From contig JAAYIR010000089.1 of NCBI GenBank assembly GCA_012523355.1, forward strand, positions 1 to 63,824: a stretch of 63,824 bases of DNA, given 5' to 3'. A program made the position numbers and the translations under genes. A model generated the notes under the pieces. It was not told where the DNA came from. It was given only the letters and a program-made list of their open reading frames with translations, and made no database searches. This DNA comes from a candidate division WS1 bacterium. Its GTDB lineage: Bacteria; Armatimonadota; Zipacnadia; Zipacnadales; Zipacnadaceae. Shown piece after piece: positions 16,139 through 25,423 of this stretch; position 1 is the stretch's first letter, and every line of letters begins with the position of its first letter.

Positions 16139-18742
16139 TTGTCATTGCGAGCTTTGCGTTCCAGTCTCTTCTTGACCTCCTTGCTCATTGCGGCCTCCGT
16201 GGGGGTCTATGCCCAACCGGTGCAGCGGACACTCCCCAACGGACTGCGCCTGGTTGTGGATCGGTATGCGGCGGCGCCCCTGGCCGCGGTACGTATCTAC
16301 GTCAATACGGGAAGCGTGCATGAGGGCCGCTGGACCGGAGCCGGAATCAGCCATCTGCTGGAACACGTAGCCTGCCACGGCGGCGTCAAGTACAAGGATG
16401 ACGAAGTCTGGAAGGCCAGCCGAGAGATGGGCGAGGGCTTCGGGGCCTATACCTCCAAGAGCGTCACCTGCTACTACGTCACCACCACCGCAGATAAGGT
16501 GGACCTCGCCCTCGACCTCTTGAAGGATGTCGTCTTTTACACCGCGATTGCGCCCGAGGCAGTTAAGCAGGAGCAGGAAGTCATAGTGCGGGAGAACAGC
16601 AAGGACGAGAACGAACCATACCGCGTGCTCTATGACTTGTTCGCCTCTACCCTCTTCCCCACCCACCCAGAGCACGTCCCCATTGGCGGAGACAGCACCG
16701 CCATGGCGGCATGCAGCGCAGAGGACGTGCGTGCATATCATCGCGAACGCTACCAACCCGACAACATAGTGGTGTCTCTGGTCGGAAACTTTGACCCCAA
16801 CGCCATGATGCGCAAGGCCGCCGAGGCCCTGAGCACGGTCCCCCGCGGCTATGCGGTGCCTGCGCCACTGCCGGTGGAGCCCAGGCCAGGATCGGTGCGC
16901 GTGCAGGTCCGGTACAAGGAGGATGTGCAACGGGCACATCTCATGTTGGGCTGGCGTAGCGTGGCCAGCGATAGCCCCGACATGTACCCCCTGGACGTGC
17001 TGGCTGTGATGCTGGGTGAGGGGGAGACCTCACTCCTGGTTGGGCGGCTCCAAAACCAGCAGGGACTAGTGGACCATATCGGGTGCGGAAACTACACCCC
17101 GACTTACGACGCCGGGGCCTTTCAGATCATGGCCACCTGTGATCCCGCCAAGATCCAGCAGGTGAGAGAGGCCATTCTGGTGGAGGTGGCCCGGGTTGGC
17201 GAGCGCGGGGCCAGCCCGGAACAAGTCCGCAAAGCGCAAAAGCAGGTCGTGGCCGGCAAAGTCTTTTCCGATCAGACACCCGAACAGCGTGCGGACTCTC
17301 TCGGCTATGGTTGGCTGTTGTATGGGGATCCGAGTTTCTCTGCTCGCTATGTGGAGCACATCCAGCAGGTCACTCCGGAACAGGTGACCTCGGCGGCGCG
17401 CCGTTACCTCCACCCGGGCACCTATGCCCTGGCAGTGCTGGCCCCTCCGGGTACGCCCGTTATCCCCGTCGAGCGCTTTTCCACGGGCACCGTATCCCGA
17501 CCCAGCCTCTTCACACTGCCCAACGGCTTGCGGGTCGTGTTCATGCCCGAGCCGGGGAGCGGCAGCGTCCAGTTCACCGCCGTAACCCTCGCCGGCCAGT
17601 CGCATGAGCCGGAGAGGAAGGCGGGCGTCAGTCCGCTGACCGCCCAGATACTCACCCGCGGAGCGGGAGGGCGCAGCCAGCAGGACCTGGCCGCTCCTCT
17701 GGAGGCCTGCGGGGCCATTCTCAGCGCCGGCTCAGGTCTCAATACTGTCTACTTCCAGGGGCAGGCGCTGGCCGAGGACGCTGATCTCCTGGTGCGCACG
17801 GCTGCGCTGGAAATCACGCGGCCCGACTTCCCACCGGCAGAGCTGGAGCACTTGCAGCGGCAGACACTCGCGGCGATTGCGGCTCAGCAAGAAAGCCCGC
17901 ACCTGGCCACCCGGCTCCTACTGGACCCCCTCCTGTTTGCGGACTCCCCGTACGCCTTTGCCCGTACCGGCACAGCGGAGACAATCCAGGCCCTGTCGCG
18001 CGAGGACTTGTTGAGCTTCTACCGTGCCGCTTTCCACCCTCACGCTATCGTGCTAGGGCTTTCCGGCGACCTGACCCTCGCGCAAGCGCGATCCCTGGTA
18101 GAGAAGCATTTCGGCCCATGGAAGGCCCCCAGGGGCTCCCTGCCCGCTCTCCGCCCGGCACGGCCGGTGACCCAGCGTCAGGTCAAGACCGTTTCGCGCC
18201 CACAGAATGAGGCCGTGGTCTACTACGGATGGGCCGGCGCGACCATCACCGGCGCTGACCGCTTTGCGTGGGAGCTTCTTCAGAACGTGCTGGGCGCCAC
18301 GGGCACGGAGGACTCCCTCTTCCTGAGCCTGCGCAACGCCGGACTGGTTTACGACGCGGGCGCGTATGCCGAGTACGGGCTGCTGCCTGCCGCCTTCGTC
18401 GTCTACGCCATCACCGAGCCGGGGAAAGTGGAGGTCGTGCAGCAGAGGATTGAGCAGGTGATCCGCCGGCTGCAAGACACGCCCCTCACGGCGGAAGCGC
18501 TCGCGGAAGCCAAGAACGTGGTCCGCAGTCGGCACCTCGCCGGGCAGGCGGATCCCAAGGACCGGCTGCTCACCCGTGCCCTGGACGAAACCTATGGCCT
18601 GGGATATGATTTCATGGAGAAAGCCAGCGAGAAAATCGACGCCGTGACTGCTGCCCAGTTGCGGGAGTTGGCGCTCAAGCACCTGGATCTGGAGCGCGCG
18701 ACGGTCGTGATCACGCGTCCCGCTGAAATACCTACACCATGA
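16139..18742 (+). CDS. Secreted M16 (pitrilysin/insulinase) family zinc peptidase, double-module (about 2 x 430 aa)
   Basis: Signal peptide SLLIAASVGVYAQP, inverted zinc motif HLLEH, and two tandem M16 peptidase-like halves. TTG start. Confidence 0.9.
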   Translation: MSLRALRSSLFLTSLLIAASVGVYAQPVQRTLPNGLRLVVDRYAAAPLAAVRIYVNTGSVHEGRWTGAGISHLLEHVACHGGVKYKDDEVWKASREMGEGFGAYTSKSVTCYYVTTTADKVDLALDLLKDVVFYTAIAPEAVKQEQEVIVRENSKDENEPYRVLYDLFASTLFPTHPEHVPIGGDSTAMAACSAEDVRAYHRERYQPDNIVVSLVGNFDPNAMMRKAAEALSTVPRGYAVPAPLPVEPRPGSVRVQVRYKEDVQRAHLMLGWRSVASDSPDMYPLDVLAVMLGEGETSLLVGRLQNQQGLVDHIGCGNYTPTYDAGAFQIMATCDPAKIQQVREAILVEVARVGERGASPEQVRKAQKQVVAGKVFSDQTPEQRADSLGYGWLLYGDPSFSARYVEHIQQVTPEQVTSAARRYLHPGTYALAVLAPPGTPVIPVERFSTGTVSRPSLFTLPNGLRVVFMPEPGSGSVQFTAVTLAGQSHEPERKAGVSPLTAQILTRGAGGRSQQDLAAPLEACGAILSAGSGLNTVYFQGQALAEDADLLVRTAALEITRPDFPPAELEHLQRQTLAAIAAQQESPHLATRLLLDPLLFADSPYAFARTGTAETIQALSREDLLSFYRAAFHPHAIVLGLSGDLTLAQARSLVEKHFGPWKAPRGSLPALRPARPVTQRQVKTVSRPQNEAVVYYGWAGATITGADRFAWELLQNVLGATGTEDSLFLSLRNAGLVYDAGAYAEYGLLPAAFVVYAITEPGKVEVVQQRIEQVIRRLQDTPLTAEALAEAKNVVRSRHLAGQADPKDRLLTRALDETYGLGYDFMEKASEKIDAVTAAQLRELALKHLDLERATVVITRPAEIPTP

Positions 18743-19296
18743 GCGACTCGAATAACAGGCACCTTCTCATTGCGCGGGAGATCTCTGGCGTCCTGTCCGG
18801 AGTTGACCCCCAGCGGGTTGAGGCCCTGGGTGAGACCATCCTCACCGCTCAGCGCATCTTCGTATGTGGCGCGGGCCGCAGCCTGCTCATGCTAAAGGCC
18901 TTGGCCATGCGCCTCATGCACCTGGGGCTACATTCCTACGTGGTCGGGGAGACGATCACGCCGGCCATCCGCACGGGGGACTTGCTCATCGCCGGCTCCG
19001 GCTCGGGGGAGACCCGCACCACCTTGGCCATGGTTCAGGCGGCTCATGAGCGCGGCGCCCGGACGGCGGCGATTACCGCGCATCCCCAGTCCCCCATCGC
19101 CCGCGCCTGCGACCTGGTGGTGGAGATACCCGCGGCCATCGTGGGCGTCTCCAATCAGCGGGTGAGTACCCAGCCGCCGGGGTCCCTGTTCGAGCAGTGC
19201 CTGCTGGTGCTGGGGGATGGCCTGGTGCTGTGGCTGATGGAGCGCCTGGGGGCTACCTACGAGGAGATCCGGGCTCGCCATACGAAGTTAGAGTGA
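18739..19296 (+). CDS. hxlB: SIS-domain protein, 6-phospho-3-hexuloisomerase-like
   Basis: IFVCGAGRSLLMLKALAMRLMHLG and LLIAGSGSGET are typical of the PHI/SIS family. The ATG overlaps the peptidase stop (ATGA). Confidence 0.7.
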   Translation: MSDSNNRHLLIAREISGVLSGVDPQRVEALGETILTAQRIFVCGAGRSLLMLKALAMRLMHLGLHSYVVGETITPAIRTGDLLIAGSGSGETRTTLAMVQAAHERGARTAAITAHPQSPIARACDLVVEIPAAIVGVSNQRVSTQPPGSLFEQCLLVLGDGLVLWLMERLGATYEEIRARHTKLE

Positions 19297-19354
19297 GGGC
19301 CCTGACGCACTCTGCGGCCCGTGCCAGGTGAGAGCGGCTTACTGCCGACACGTC

Positions 19355-19657
19355 CTACGAGTCAGGAAGCTCCTCCGGACCCCAGCGCCGGGAGAGAAAC
19401 CAGGCGCGGCGGCCCCCAGCACGGTCCAGATAGACCTCCCAGACTGCTCCCTCCTCGGTGCGCAGCCGGAAGTACTCCCGATGCCTACGCTCCAGCCAAG
19501 ACCGCCGCTTGGCTCCCGGAGGGAAACCCGTATCCGTCCACCGGCGTACTGTCTCCCTCACCTCGTAGCGCTGTCCACGCCAGGTGAACACCACAGGAGC
19601 CGGCAGCACCTGATCCTGGGGCAACTCCACCTCGATACGCTCAGAGTAGAGTTCCAT
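19355..19657 (-). CDS. Small conserved-looking hypothetical protein (100 aa; possibly DUF6504-like)
   Basis: ORF with coding-like composition. The pattern VVFTWRGQRYEV...W...FRLRTEEGAVWEVYLD resembles a small beta-rich domain. The family name is a recollection, not verified. Confidence 0.5.
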   Translation of the reverse strand: MELYSERIEVELPQDQVLPAPVVFTWRGQRYEVRETVRRWTDTGFPPGAKRRSWLERRHREYFRLRTEEGAVWEVYLDRAGGRRAWFLSRRWGPEELPDS

Positions 19658-19684
19658 TACAGTGCGCGAGGGGACTCTTCCATC

Positions 19685-20263
19685 CTAGTCATCGGAGGGT
19701 TCCGCTGCGGCGGCGTGGGAAGGATCCAGGTGCCCCGTGACCTCCATCACGCCGGTCTCAACCTCTACCGTGTCAATCACCAATCCGGGAATCTTCTCCT
19801 GCTCCCGCGCCAGCGCGCGGGCGGCCCGGCTGCCAATGGCTGCGGACAGCTCACCAGGCAACGGCATGGGGCCAACCGACGCCTTTCGCACTTCCACCTT
19901 CACCTGCCCGCCTTGCACAAAAGGCACCAATTCGACCTGGAAAGGGGAGGAGAGGGGGCCCTTCTGGAGCCGTCCGGTGACTACTATCAGCCCAGGCTCC
20001 AGACGCAGAAACAAGTCCCTGACCTCTTGCCCCTTAACTGCCTTGCGAAGCTGCTCGCTCAGCGTTTCCTGCGTGAAGCGCACACGAATGGGGCCCGGCT
20101 CGCCCGGCACCGGTTTCGAGGCGGCGGGTGCGGACAGCCCAGGAGTAAAAGGAGAGATCGCAGAGTGCCCACCGACCAGGTACATGCCCCCCACAAGGCC
20201 CGCTACCAGGGCGATGATCACCACCAGCACAATGGCGCATGACTTGGCGCGTTGCATGGGCAC
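19685..20263 (-). CDS. N-terminally membrane-anchored hypothetical protein (LmeA/DUF2993-like?)
   Basis: Single N-terminal TM segment (CAIVLVVIIALVAGLVGGMYLV) followed by a soluble domain. Family assignment is tentative. Confidence 0.55.
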   Translation of the reverse strand: MPMQRAKSCAIVLVVIIALVAGLVGGMYLVGGHSAISPFTPGLSAPAASKPVPGEPGPIRVRFTQETLSEQLRKAVKGQEVRDLFLRLEPGLIVVTGRLQKGPLSSPFQVELVPFVQGGQVKVEVRKASVGPMPLPGELSAAIGSRAARALAREQEKIPGLVIDTVEVETGVMEVTGHLDPSHAAAAEPSDD

Positions 20264-20279
20264 TCACCTCCCGAACCGC

Positions 20280-20834
20280 CTAGCCGTTGAACCGGTTCAT
20301 GGCGGCCTCCAGGCCCTCCGCTACCAGAAACTCCACGGACTCTGCCGCCCGCGCAACCATCTTCTCCACCACCGTGCGCTCGGCCTCGGTGAACGGGGAG
20401 AGAACAAAGCGGACCGCATCTGTGCGCTCCGGAAGCGGGCCAACGCCCAGCCGCAAGCGGGGGAACTGCTGCCCCACCTCTTCCACCACCGAGCGCACAC
20501 CCCTATGCGTTCCCGGACTTCCAGAGGGGCGCAAGCGCAGGCGACCCAGGTCCAGGTCCAGGTCGTCGTAGATGACGAGGAGGTCCTCCGGCTGAAGGCG
20601 AAACCTCGCCAAGAGCCGACGCGCCGCATGCCCGGAGTGATTCATGAAGGTCAGGGGCTGGGCCAGCACCACCGGCTCGTCATGAATCTCCCCACGGCCA
20701 AACCGGGCCCAGTCCCGCCCGCGCAACCGCACGCGGTGGCGTTCCGCCAGCAGGGCAATCACCCGGAAACCGAGATTGTGCCGGGTCTCGGCGTATTCCG
20801 GTCCGGGATTGCCCAAGCCAATCAGGCAACGCAT
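20280..20834 (-). CDS. pth: Peptidyl-tRNA hydrolase
   Basis: LIGLGNPGPEYAETRHNLGF and the HSGHAA-like motif NHSGH. Sits in the conserved ctc-pth pairing. Confidence 0.95.
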   Translation of the reverse strand: MRCLIGLGNPGPEYAETRHNLGFRVIALLAERHRVRLRGRDWARFGRGEIHDEPVVLAQPLTFMNHSGHAARRLLARFRLQPEDLLVIYDDLDLDLGRLRLRPSGSPGTHRGVRSVVEEVGQQFPRLRLGVGPLPERTDAVRFVLSPFTEAERTVVEKMVARAAESVEFLVAEGLEAAMNRFNG

Positions 20835-20849
20835 GGGAGACGCCCGTGC

Positions 20850-21557
20850 CTATTCCCGCTCCTGCTCTTGCTCCCGCTGCTCCTCTGTCTCTTCCTCTTC
20901 GCCCGTCTCTGCGCCCTCGGGTATCTCGCCAATCGCGCCTTCCTCTCCCAGGAGCTCCTCCTCTGCCACCGCTGCCTCTAGCTCCTCAAGACTGATGGGG
21001 GCGGCGATTGTCACTACTGTATCAGTGGGCTCGTGCAGGATGGTAACACCCTCAGGAGCAACCAGGTCGCTGACGTGCCGACTGTCGTGGATGTCCAGTT
21101 CAGTAATGTCAATGGTCAGCACGTCGGGAATGGCCCCCGGCAGGCACTCGACCTCAATTTCGTAGATGATCTGATCCAGCGCGCCCCCCTCCTTGACTCC
21201 CACTGAGTCACCCTCCACCTGGATGGGCACCCGCACCCTGACCGTCTCGCTCAGCGAGATCCACTGAAAGTCCACATGCACCGGTTGGCGCTTTACGGGG
21301 TCCCGCTGGACCTCCTTGATCATCGCCGCTACCTCGCTGGTGTGTTTCACGCCCTCTACCTGCAAGTCCACCAGCACATTGGCACCCTGGTGGGTGTGCA
21401 GCGCTTCCCACAACGCCTTTGAGGGCACGGCAATGGCCGCGGCCTCCATCCCTTGGCCGTAGACGATGCCCGGCACCAGACCATCACGCCGCAGTCTGCG
21501 ACAGGCGCCCGTGCCCGTGTCCTCTCTCGCCTGAGCTTCCAGCTTCACAGTCTCCAT
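20850..21557 (-). CDS. rplY: 50S ribosomal protein L25 / general stress protein Ctc, with an acidic C-terminal tail
   Basis: GTGACRRLRRDGLVPGIVYG is the L25 N-terminal signature, followed by the long Ctc-type C-domain and a Glu-rich tail. Confidence 0.9.
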   Translation of the reverse strand: METVKLEAQAREDTGTGACRRLRRDGLVPGIVYGQGMEAAAIAVPSKALWEALHTHQGANVLVDLQVEGVKHTSEVAAMIKEVQRDPVKRQPVHVDFQWISLSETVRVRVPIQVEGDSVGVKEGGALDQIIYEIEVECLPGAIPDVLTIDITELDIHDSRHVSDLVAPEGVTILHEPTDTVVTIAAPISLEELEAAVAEEELLGEEGAIGEIPEGAETGEEEETEEQREQEQERE

Positions 21558-21617
21558 TCGAGTTTCCTCCTAACGGGCCCCCAGGGCCCGGATGTCTCCG
21601 TCCTTGACTTGCCCCGG

Positions 21618-22601
21618 TCAACGACTTCCGGGTCCGTGTGAGTTATGCCAGGTGGTCAGGATCTGACTCACCGATTCGTCCCGATGGATGTGGTCAATAG
21701 CCTCCGCCAGCAATGGCGCCACCGACAGGACGTGCATCTTGTCCATGCGCTTCTCCGGCGGAATAGGTATGGTATCCGTGAGCACCAGGCTCTTGATTGC
21801 GGGGTCGGCCAGCCGCTCGTGCGCCGGACCGGAGAGCACCCCGTGCGCGGCAGCCACGTGAATCTCCCTGGCGCCTCGCTCCTTGATAGCTTTGGCACCC
21901 TCCACCACGGTCCCCGCAGTGTCAATCATGTCATCCAGCATGATCGCCACCTTGTCCTCAAGATCGCCAATAATCTCCAGCACCTGCGCCACATTGGGCC
22001 GCAATCGGCGCTTGGCTACAATCGCCAGGGAGGCATGCAGCTCGTCCGCAAGCTGCATGGCCTCATTCACAGCATTGACGTCCGGGGAAACCACCACCAC
22101 TTCTTCCCCTGTCATGCCACCTTCCATGAAGTAGTCGGCCAGGATCTTGCGGCCAAACAGGTGATCCACGGGTATGTCAAAGAAGCCTTGTATCTGGTCG
22201 GTATGCAGGTTTATCGACAGCACACGGTCTGCGCCGGCCACCGTGATCAGGTTGGCTACCAGTTTGGCGCTAATGGGCTCTCGCCCGCTGCTCTTCTTGT
22301 CCTGTCGCGCGTAGCCGAAATAGGGCAAGACGGCGGTGATGCGTCGCGCACTCCCCCGGCGGCAGGCATCACTCATGATGAGCAACTCCATCAGGTTGTC
22401 ATTCGTCGGGTGACAGGTGGACTGAATCAGGAAGACGTCGGTACCCCGCACACTCTCATTGATCTTCACCGCCACTTCCCCGTCCGAGAAGCGGCCCACA
22501 TCCAGGTCGCCCAAAGGCACGCCAAGCTCCTCAGCGATGCGGGTGGCCAGGCCTGGATTGGAGCTTCCCGTAAACAGGCGTATCTCGCCGTAGCGGTCCA
22601 T
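21618..22601 (-). CDS. prs: Ribose-phosphate pyrophosphokinase
   Basis: IRLFTGSSNPGLA, the YFGYARQDKK PRPP synthetase signature, and DDMIDTAGT. ATG at 22601. Confidence 0.95.
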   Translation of the reverse strand: MDRYGEIRLFTGSSNPGLATRIAEELGVPLGDLDVGRFSDGEVAVKINESVRGTDVFLIQSTCHPTNDNLMELLIMSDACRRGSARRITAVLPYFGYARQDKKSSGREPISAKLVANLITVAGADRVLSINLHTDQIQGFFDIPVDHLFGRKILADYFMEGGMTGEEVVVVSPDVNAVNEAMQLADELHASLAIVAKRRLRPNVAQVLEIIGDLEDKVAIMLDDMIDTAGTVVEGAKAIKERGAREIHVAAAHGVLSGPAHERLADPAIKSLVLTDTIPIPPEKRMDKMHVLSVAPLLAEAIDHIHRDESVSQILTTWHNSHGPGSR

Positions 22602-22695
22602 GATGGCCTCCGAAAAGCAGTGAGCAGTTAGCAATCCCTGCTAACTGCAAGTCCTCAACGGCAAACGGCCAGGTGCAGAGCACTTGCCGCCTTGA

Positions 22696-22770
22696 TGGCT
22701 GGGGCGGTAGGATTCGAACCTACGAATACGGGATCCAAAGTCCCGCGCCTTACCGCTTGGCCACGCCCCA
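22696..22770 (-). tRNA. tRNA-Gln (anticodon TTG), CCA encoded
   Basis: Reverse complement reads TGGGGCGTGGCCAAGCGGTAAGGCGCGGGACTTTGGATCCCGTATTCGTAGGTTCGAATCCTACCGCCCCAGCCA. U1:A72 and G73 are typical of bacterial tRNA-Gln. Anticodon loop is CUUUGGA. Confidence 0.9.
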
Positions 22771-22798
22771 GCGCCCACGGGCCAGGGCCCTCTACTAC

Positions 22799-23569
22799 TC
22801 AGCGCTGCGCGAGCATCCTCTCCGCGGCCGTAACATTCTCCACCTCGTCAAGGTCATAACAGACCTCGGGAAAGCGAGAGCTTACGACCATCACCGGCAC
22901 ACCCAGGAGCTCTTCAGCACGGGCCAGGAGTTGAGACACATCCAGTCGGCGCCAGAGCAATCGCCAGGTAAACGACAGGCCGAACAGACACGCCAGCGCT
23001 ACCGGGCTCTTGCGCCCGGCAAAGGCGCGCGTCAACCGTTCTGCCTGCCCTTCAACAAAAGCACGACTGACCAGAGCCAAATTCCCGCCGCTGAAAGCGC
23101 CCTCGCGGAGATGGACAAAGGTCCGGCCCTCCACCCCGGGCACGTCCAGCAACTGGGCCCGCTCCACCATACTGTAGCACAGATCAGCGCCACTGTCGAG
23201 GGCTTGCTCCAGGAAGTCGTCCACCGCCGCGGGGGTCAACAGCGGCAGGTCACTGGTGGCGAGTAGGTGGAAATCGGCTTCCGGAGACTGCGCCATGCCT
23301 GCGCGGATGGTGTCCAGGAACTCCACCCCCGCCGGACGGGCGCAGGGCACTCCGGGCGGACACGCCACCGCCACCTCCGGCAGGTGCGCCACAACGACCA
23401 CTCCCTCGACCCGCCGTGCCTCTTGTAAAGCGCGGGCCACCCGCCAGAGGGTCAACTCTCCGCCGACCGGCACCAGTGCCTTATGTGGCACCTTACAGGC
23501 CCTCGCCACCTCTTCCCCACCGGTCCCGCCGGCCAGGACGATCGCGGGCACCCGCCGTTCAGCAGCCAT
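22799..23569 (-). CDS. MobA-like NTP-transferase family protein
   Basis: AIVLAGGTGGE...KALVPVGG nucleotidyltransferase N-terminal motif. It occupies the position of glmU in the Firmicute ispE...prs cluster. Confidence 0.7.
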   Translation of the reverse strand: MAAERRVPAIVLAGGTGGEEVARACKVPHKALVPVGGELTLWRVARALQEARRVEGVVVVAHLPEVAVACPPGVPCARPAGVEFLDTIRAGMAQSPEADFHLLATSDLPLLTPAAVDDFLEQALDSGADLCYSMVERAQLLDVPGVEGRTFVHLREGAFSGGNLALVSRAFVEGQAERLTRAFAGRKSPVALACLFGLSFTWRLLWRRLDVSQLLARAEELLGVPVMVVSSRFPEVCYDLDEVENVTAAERMLAQR

Positions 23570-24464
23570 TGTCCCCCACCACACTTCTCCCACATGATAG
23601 TTCCTGCCCGATTTCCACCGGATGAGCCACGAAGGCCTCATACCCCTCGGCGCGGAGTTGGGCGACCGCGTCCTCGGCGCGAGGCGTGATCGCGAAGACC
23701 GCGGAACCGGACCCTGTCATACGTGCCGGAACCCCTGCCAGTTCAGACATCCGGGCATGCAGGTCTGCAATCGGCGGCCAGCGCAGGAAGACAATCCGCT
23801 CAAAGCAATTGGTCAGTCCTGCGGGGTCAGGAATCTGCCCCTCTTGCAGGTACTCCCACAGCCGCTCCGTCTGCAGCCCCTCGGAGTAATCCGCAGGCTC
23901 GAGGAGGCTGTACGCCAGTCCGGTGGGGACCTCCAGCTCCGGCCAGGCCAGGGCTAGACGGTAGTCCGGATAGGGCGGAGACGACCGCTCCACCTTCTCT
24001 CCGCGCCCGGAAACCAGCATCAGCCCACCACGCAGGAACAAAGGCACATCGCTCCCCGTCTCGGCAGCCACCGCATGGAGACCGTCTCGATCCCGCTCCC
24101 AGTCATACAAGCAACCGAGGGCGCGAAGGATCGCGGCGGCGTCGGAGGACCCACCGCCCAGCCCCCGGCCCGGAGGAATGCGCTTGGTGAGTCTAATCTC
24201 CAGGTCCCGCGATATCCCCAAGCGAGTCGAAGCCAGCCGCAGGGCCGCCATGACCAGATTGTCATCGCCACCCGGCACGGGGTATCCCTGGACGCGTAGC
24301 CTGGTCCCGGTCGTGGTAGACGGCTGCACGGAAATCTCGTCTGCCAGGCTGATGGTTTGCACCACACTGCGGATCTCGTGGTAGCCGTCCGGGCGTTGGC
24401 CCCGGATCTCCAGGGTGAGGTTCAATTTCGCGTAGGCTTTGATGCGGATGGGACCGTTGTTCAT
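23559..24464 (-). CDS. ispE: 4-diphosphocytidyl-2-C-methyl-D-erythritol kinase
   Basis: AYAKLNLTLEI, GHMP kinase motif IPPGRGLGGGSSDAAA, and C-terminal MTGSGSAVF. Confidence 0.9.
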   Translation of the reverse strand: MNNGPIRIKAYAKLNLTLEIRGQRPDGYHEIRSVVQTISLADEISVQPSTTTGTRLRVQGYPVPGGDDNLVMAALRLASTRLGISRDLEIRLTKRIPPGRGLGGGSSDAAAILRALGCLYDWERDRDGLHAVAAETGSDVPLFLRGGLMLVSGRGEKVERSSPPYPDYRLALAWPELEVPTGLAYSLLEPADYSEGLQTERLWEYLQEGQIPDPAGLTNCFERIVFLRWPPIADLHARMSELAGVPARMTGSGSAVFAITPRAEDAVAQLRAEGYEAFVAHPVEIGQELSCGRSVVGDNGC

Positions 24465-24535
24465 TGTGACGCAAGGCTGGGAGCCACGAAGGTTGTTGCC
24501 TGTAGTCCGCTTGTGCACCGGCCTTCAGGCCTGTA

Positions 24536-25423
24536 CTAGTTCTTTTCGTGCCGAGCCATAGCCCGACCCAGGGCCAGGAGCTCAGCCAGCTCCAAGGTCT
24601 CGCCCCGACGTTGGCCATCGAGACCCGCCTTACGCAACACCTCCTCGGTAGTTTCTTTATCCCAATTCTTCGACATTTTGAGCGAATTCAGCAGCGTCTT
24701 TCGCCGCCCGCTGAAGGCACCGCGAAGGGCCAGGTCGAGCAGTTCCATATCCGGCGGGCCGTCCGGGCAAGGGAGCATTTTCAGCGCGGTCGAGCGCACC
24801 TCCGGGGCAGGAACAAAGCTGCCCGGGCCCAGTTGCGCCAGCACCGCGATCTCGCTCAAGTGCGCCCTCGCTAACACCGACAGGGGACCGTAGGCCTTAG
24901 TCCCCGTCGTGGCGCGCAGCCGGTCCGCCACCTCGCGCTGCATCATAGCAATGATCAGCGCATTGGCCGCGCGAGGCTCCCAGAGGCGCTGCAGGATCGC
25001 ACTGGCGCTCAGATAAGGCAGGTTGCCGACCGCCACGGCGGGCTCCGGCCAGAGCCTCTCCGGCGCCAGCTCCAGGAAATCGCCTAAAATGACCTCCACA
25101 TGGGGCAGGTCGCCGGTCAGCCAGCCCAGCACCTGGGCGAGCGCCGCATCAATCTCCACGACCTTGAGTGGCTGACCGCTCTCCACCAACGGCACCGTCA
25201 GTGCACCGAGTCCTCCGCCGATCTCCACCATGGGCAGCCCCGCGGCTACCGCTGTCTGCGCCAGCCTCTGCGCCGCGCCTTCGTTAACCAGGAAGTTCTG
25301 CCCCAGGGATTTCCGCGGCCGCAGCCGAAATCGCCGCAGCAGGTAGTCGGTGCGGGCGCGCAACGGCAGCTCGCGCACCTCGGGCGCGCTGAGGGCAGAC
25401 CTATCCCAGGAAATGTGTCTCAC
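24536..25423 (-). CDS. rsmA: 16S rRNA (adenine1518/1519-N6)-dimethyltransferase
   Basis: RKSLGQNFLV, the VEIGGGLGALT SAM motif, and VGNLPY. Confidence 0.9.
   Translation of the reverse strand: MRHISWDRSALSAPEVRELPLRARTDYLLRRFRLRPRKSLGQNFLVNEGAAQRLAQTAVAAGLPMVEIGGGLGALTVPLVESGQPLKVVEIDAALAQVLGWLTGDLPHVEVILGDFLELAPERLWPEPAVAVGNLPYLSASAILQRLWEPRAANALIIAMMQREVADRLRATTGTKAYGPLSVLARAHLSEIAVLAQLGPGSFVPAPEVRSTALKMLPCPDGPPDMELLDLALRGAFSGRRKTLLNSLKMSKNWDKETTEEVLRKAGLDGQRRGETLELAELLALGRAMARHEKN

Noticed and set aside
19328-20981. Plus-strand ORFs of 304 and 414 aa.
   Set aside because: They are antisense to the 100-aa and 192-aa genes and to pth and L25/Ctc, which are clearly real. These are shadow ORFs.
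21645-22631. 328-aa plus-strand ORF.
   Set aside because: It lies exactly antisense to prs, whose PRPP synthetase signature is unambiguous.
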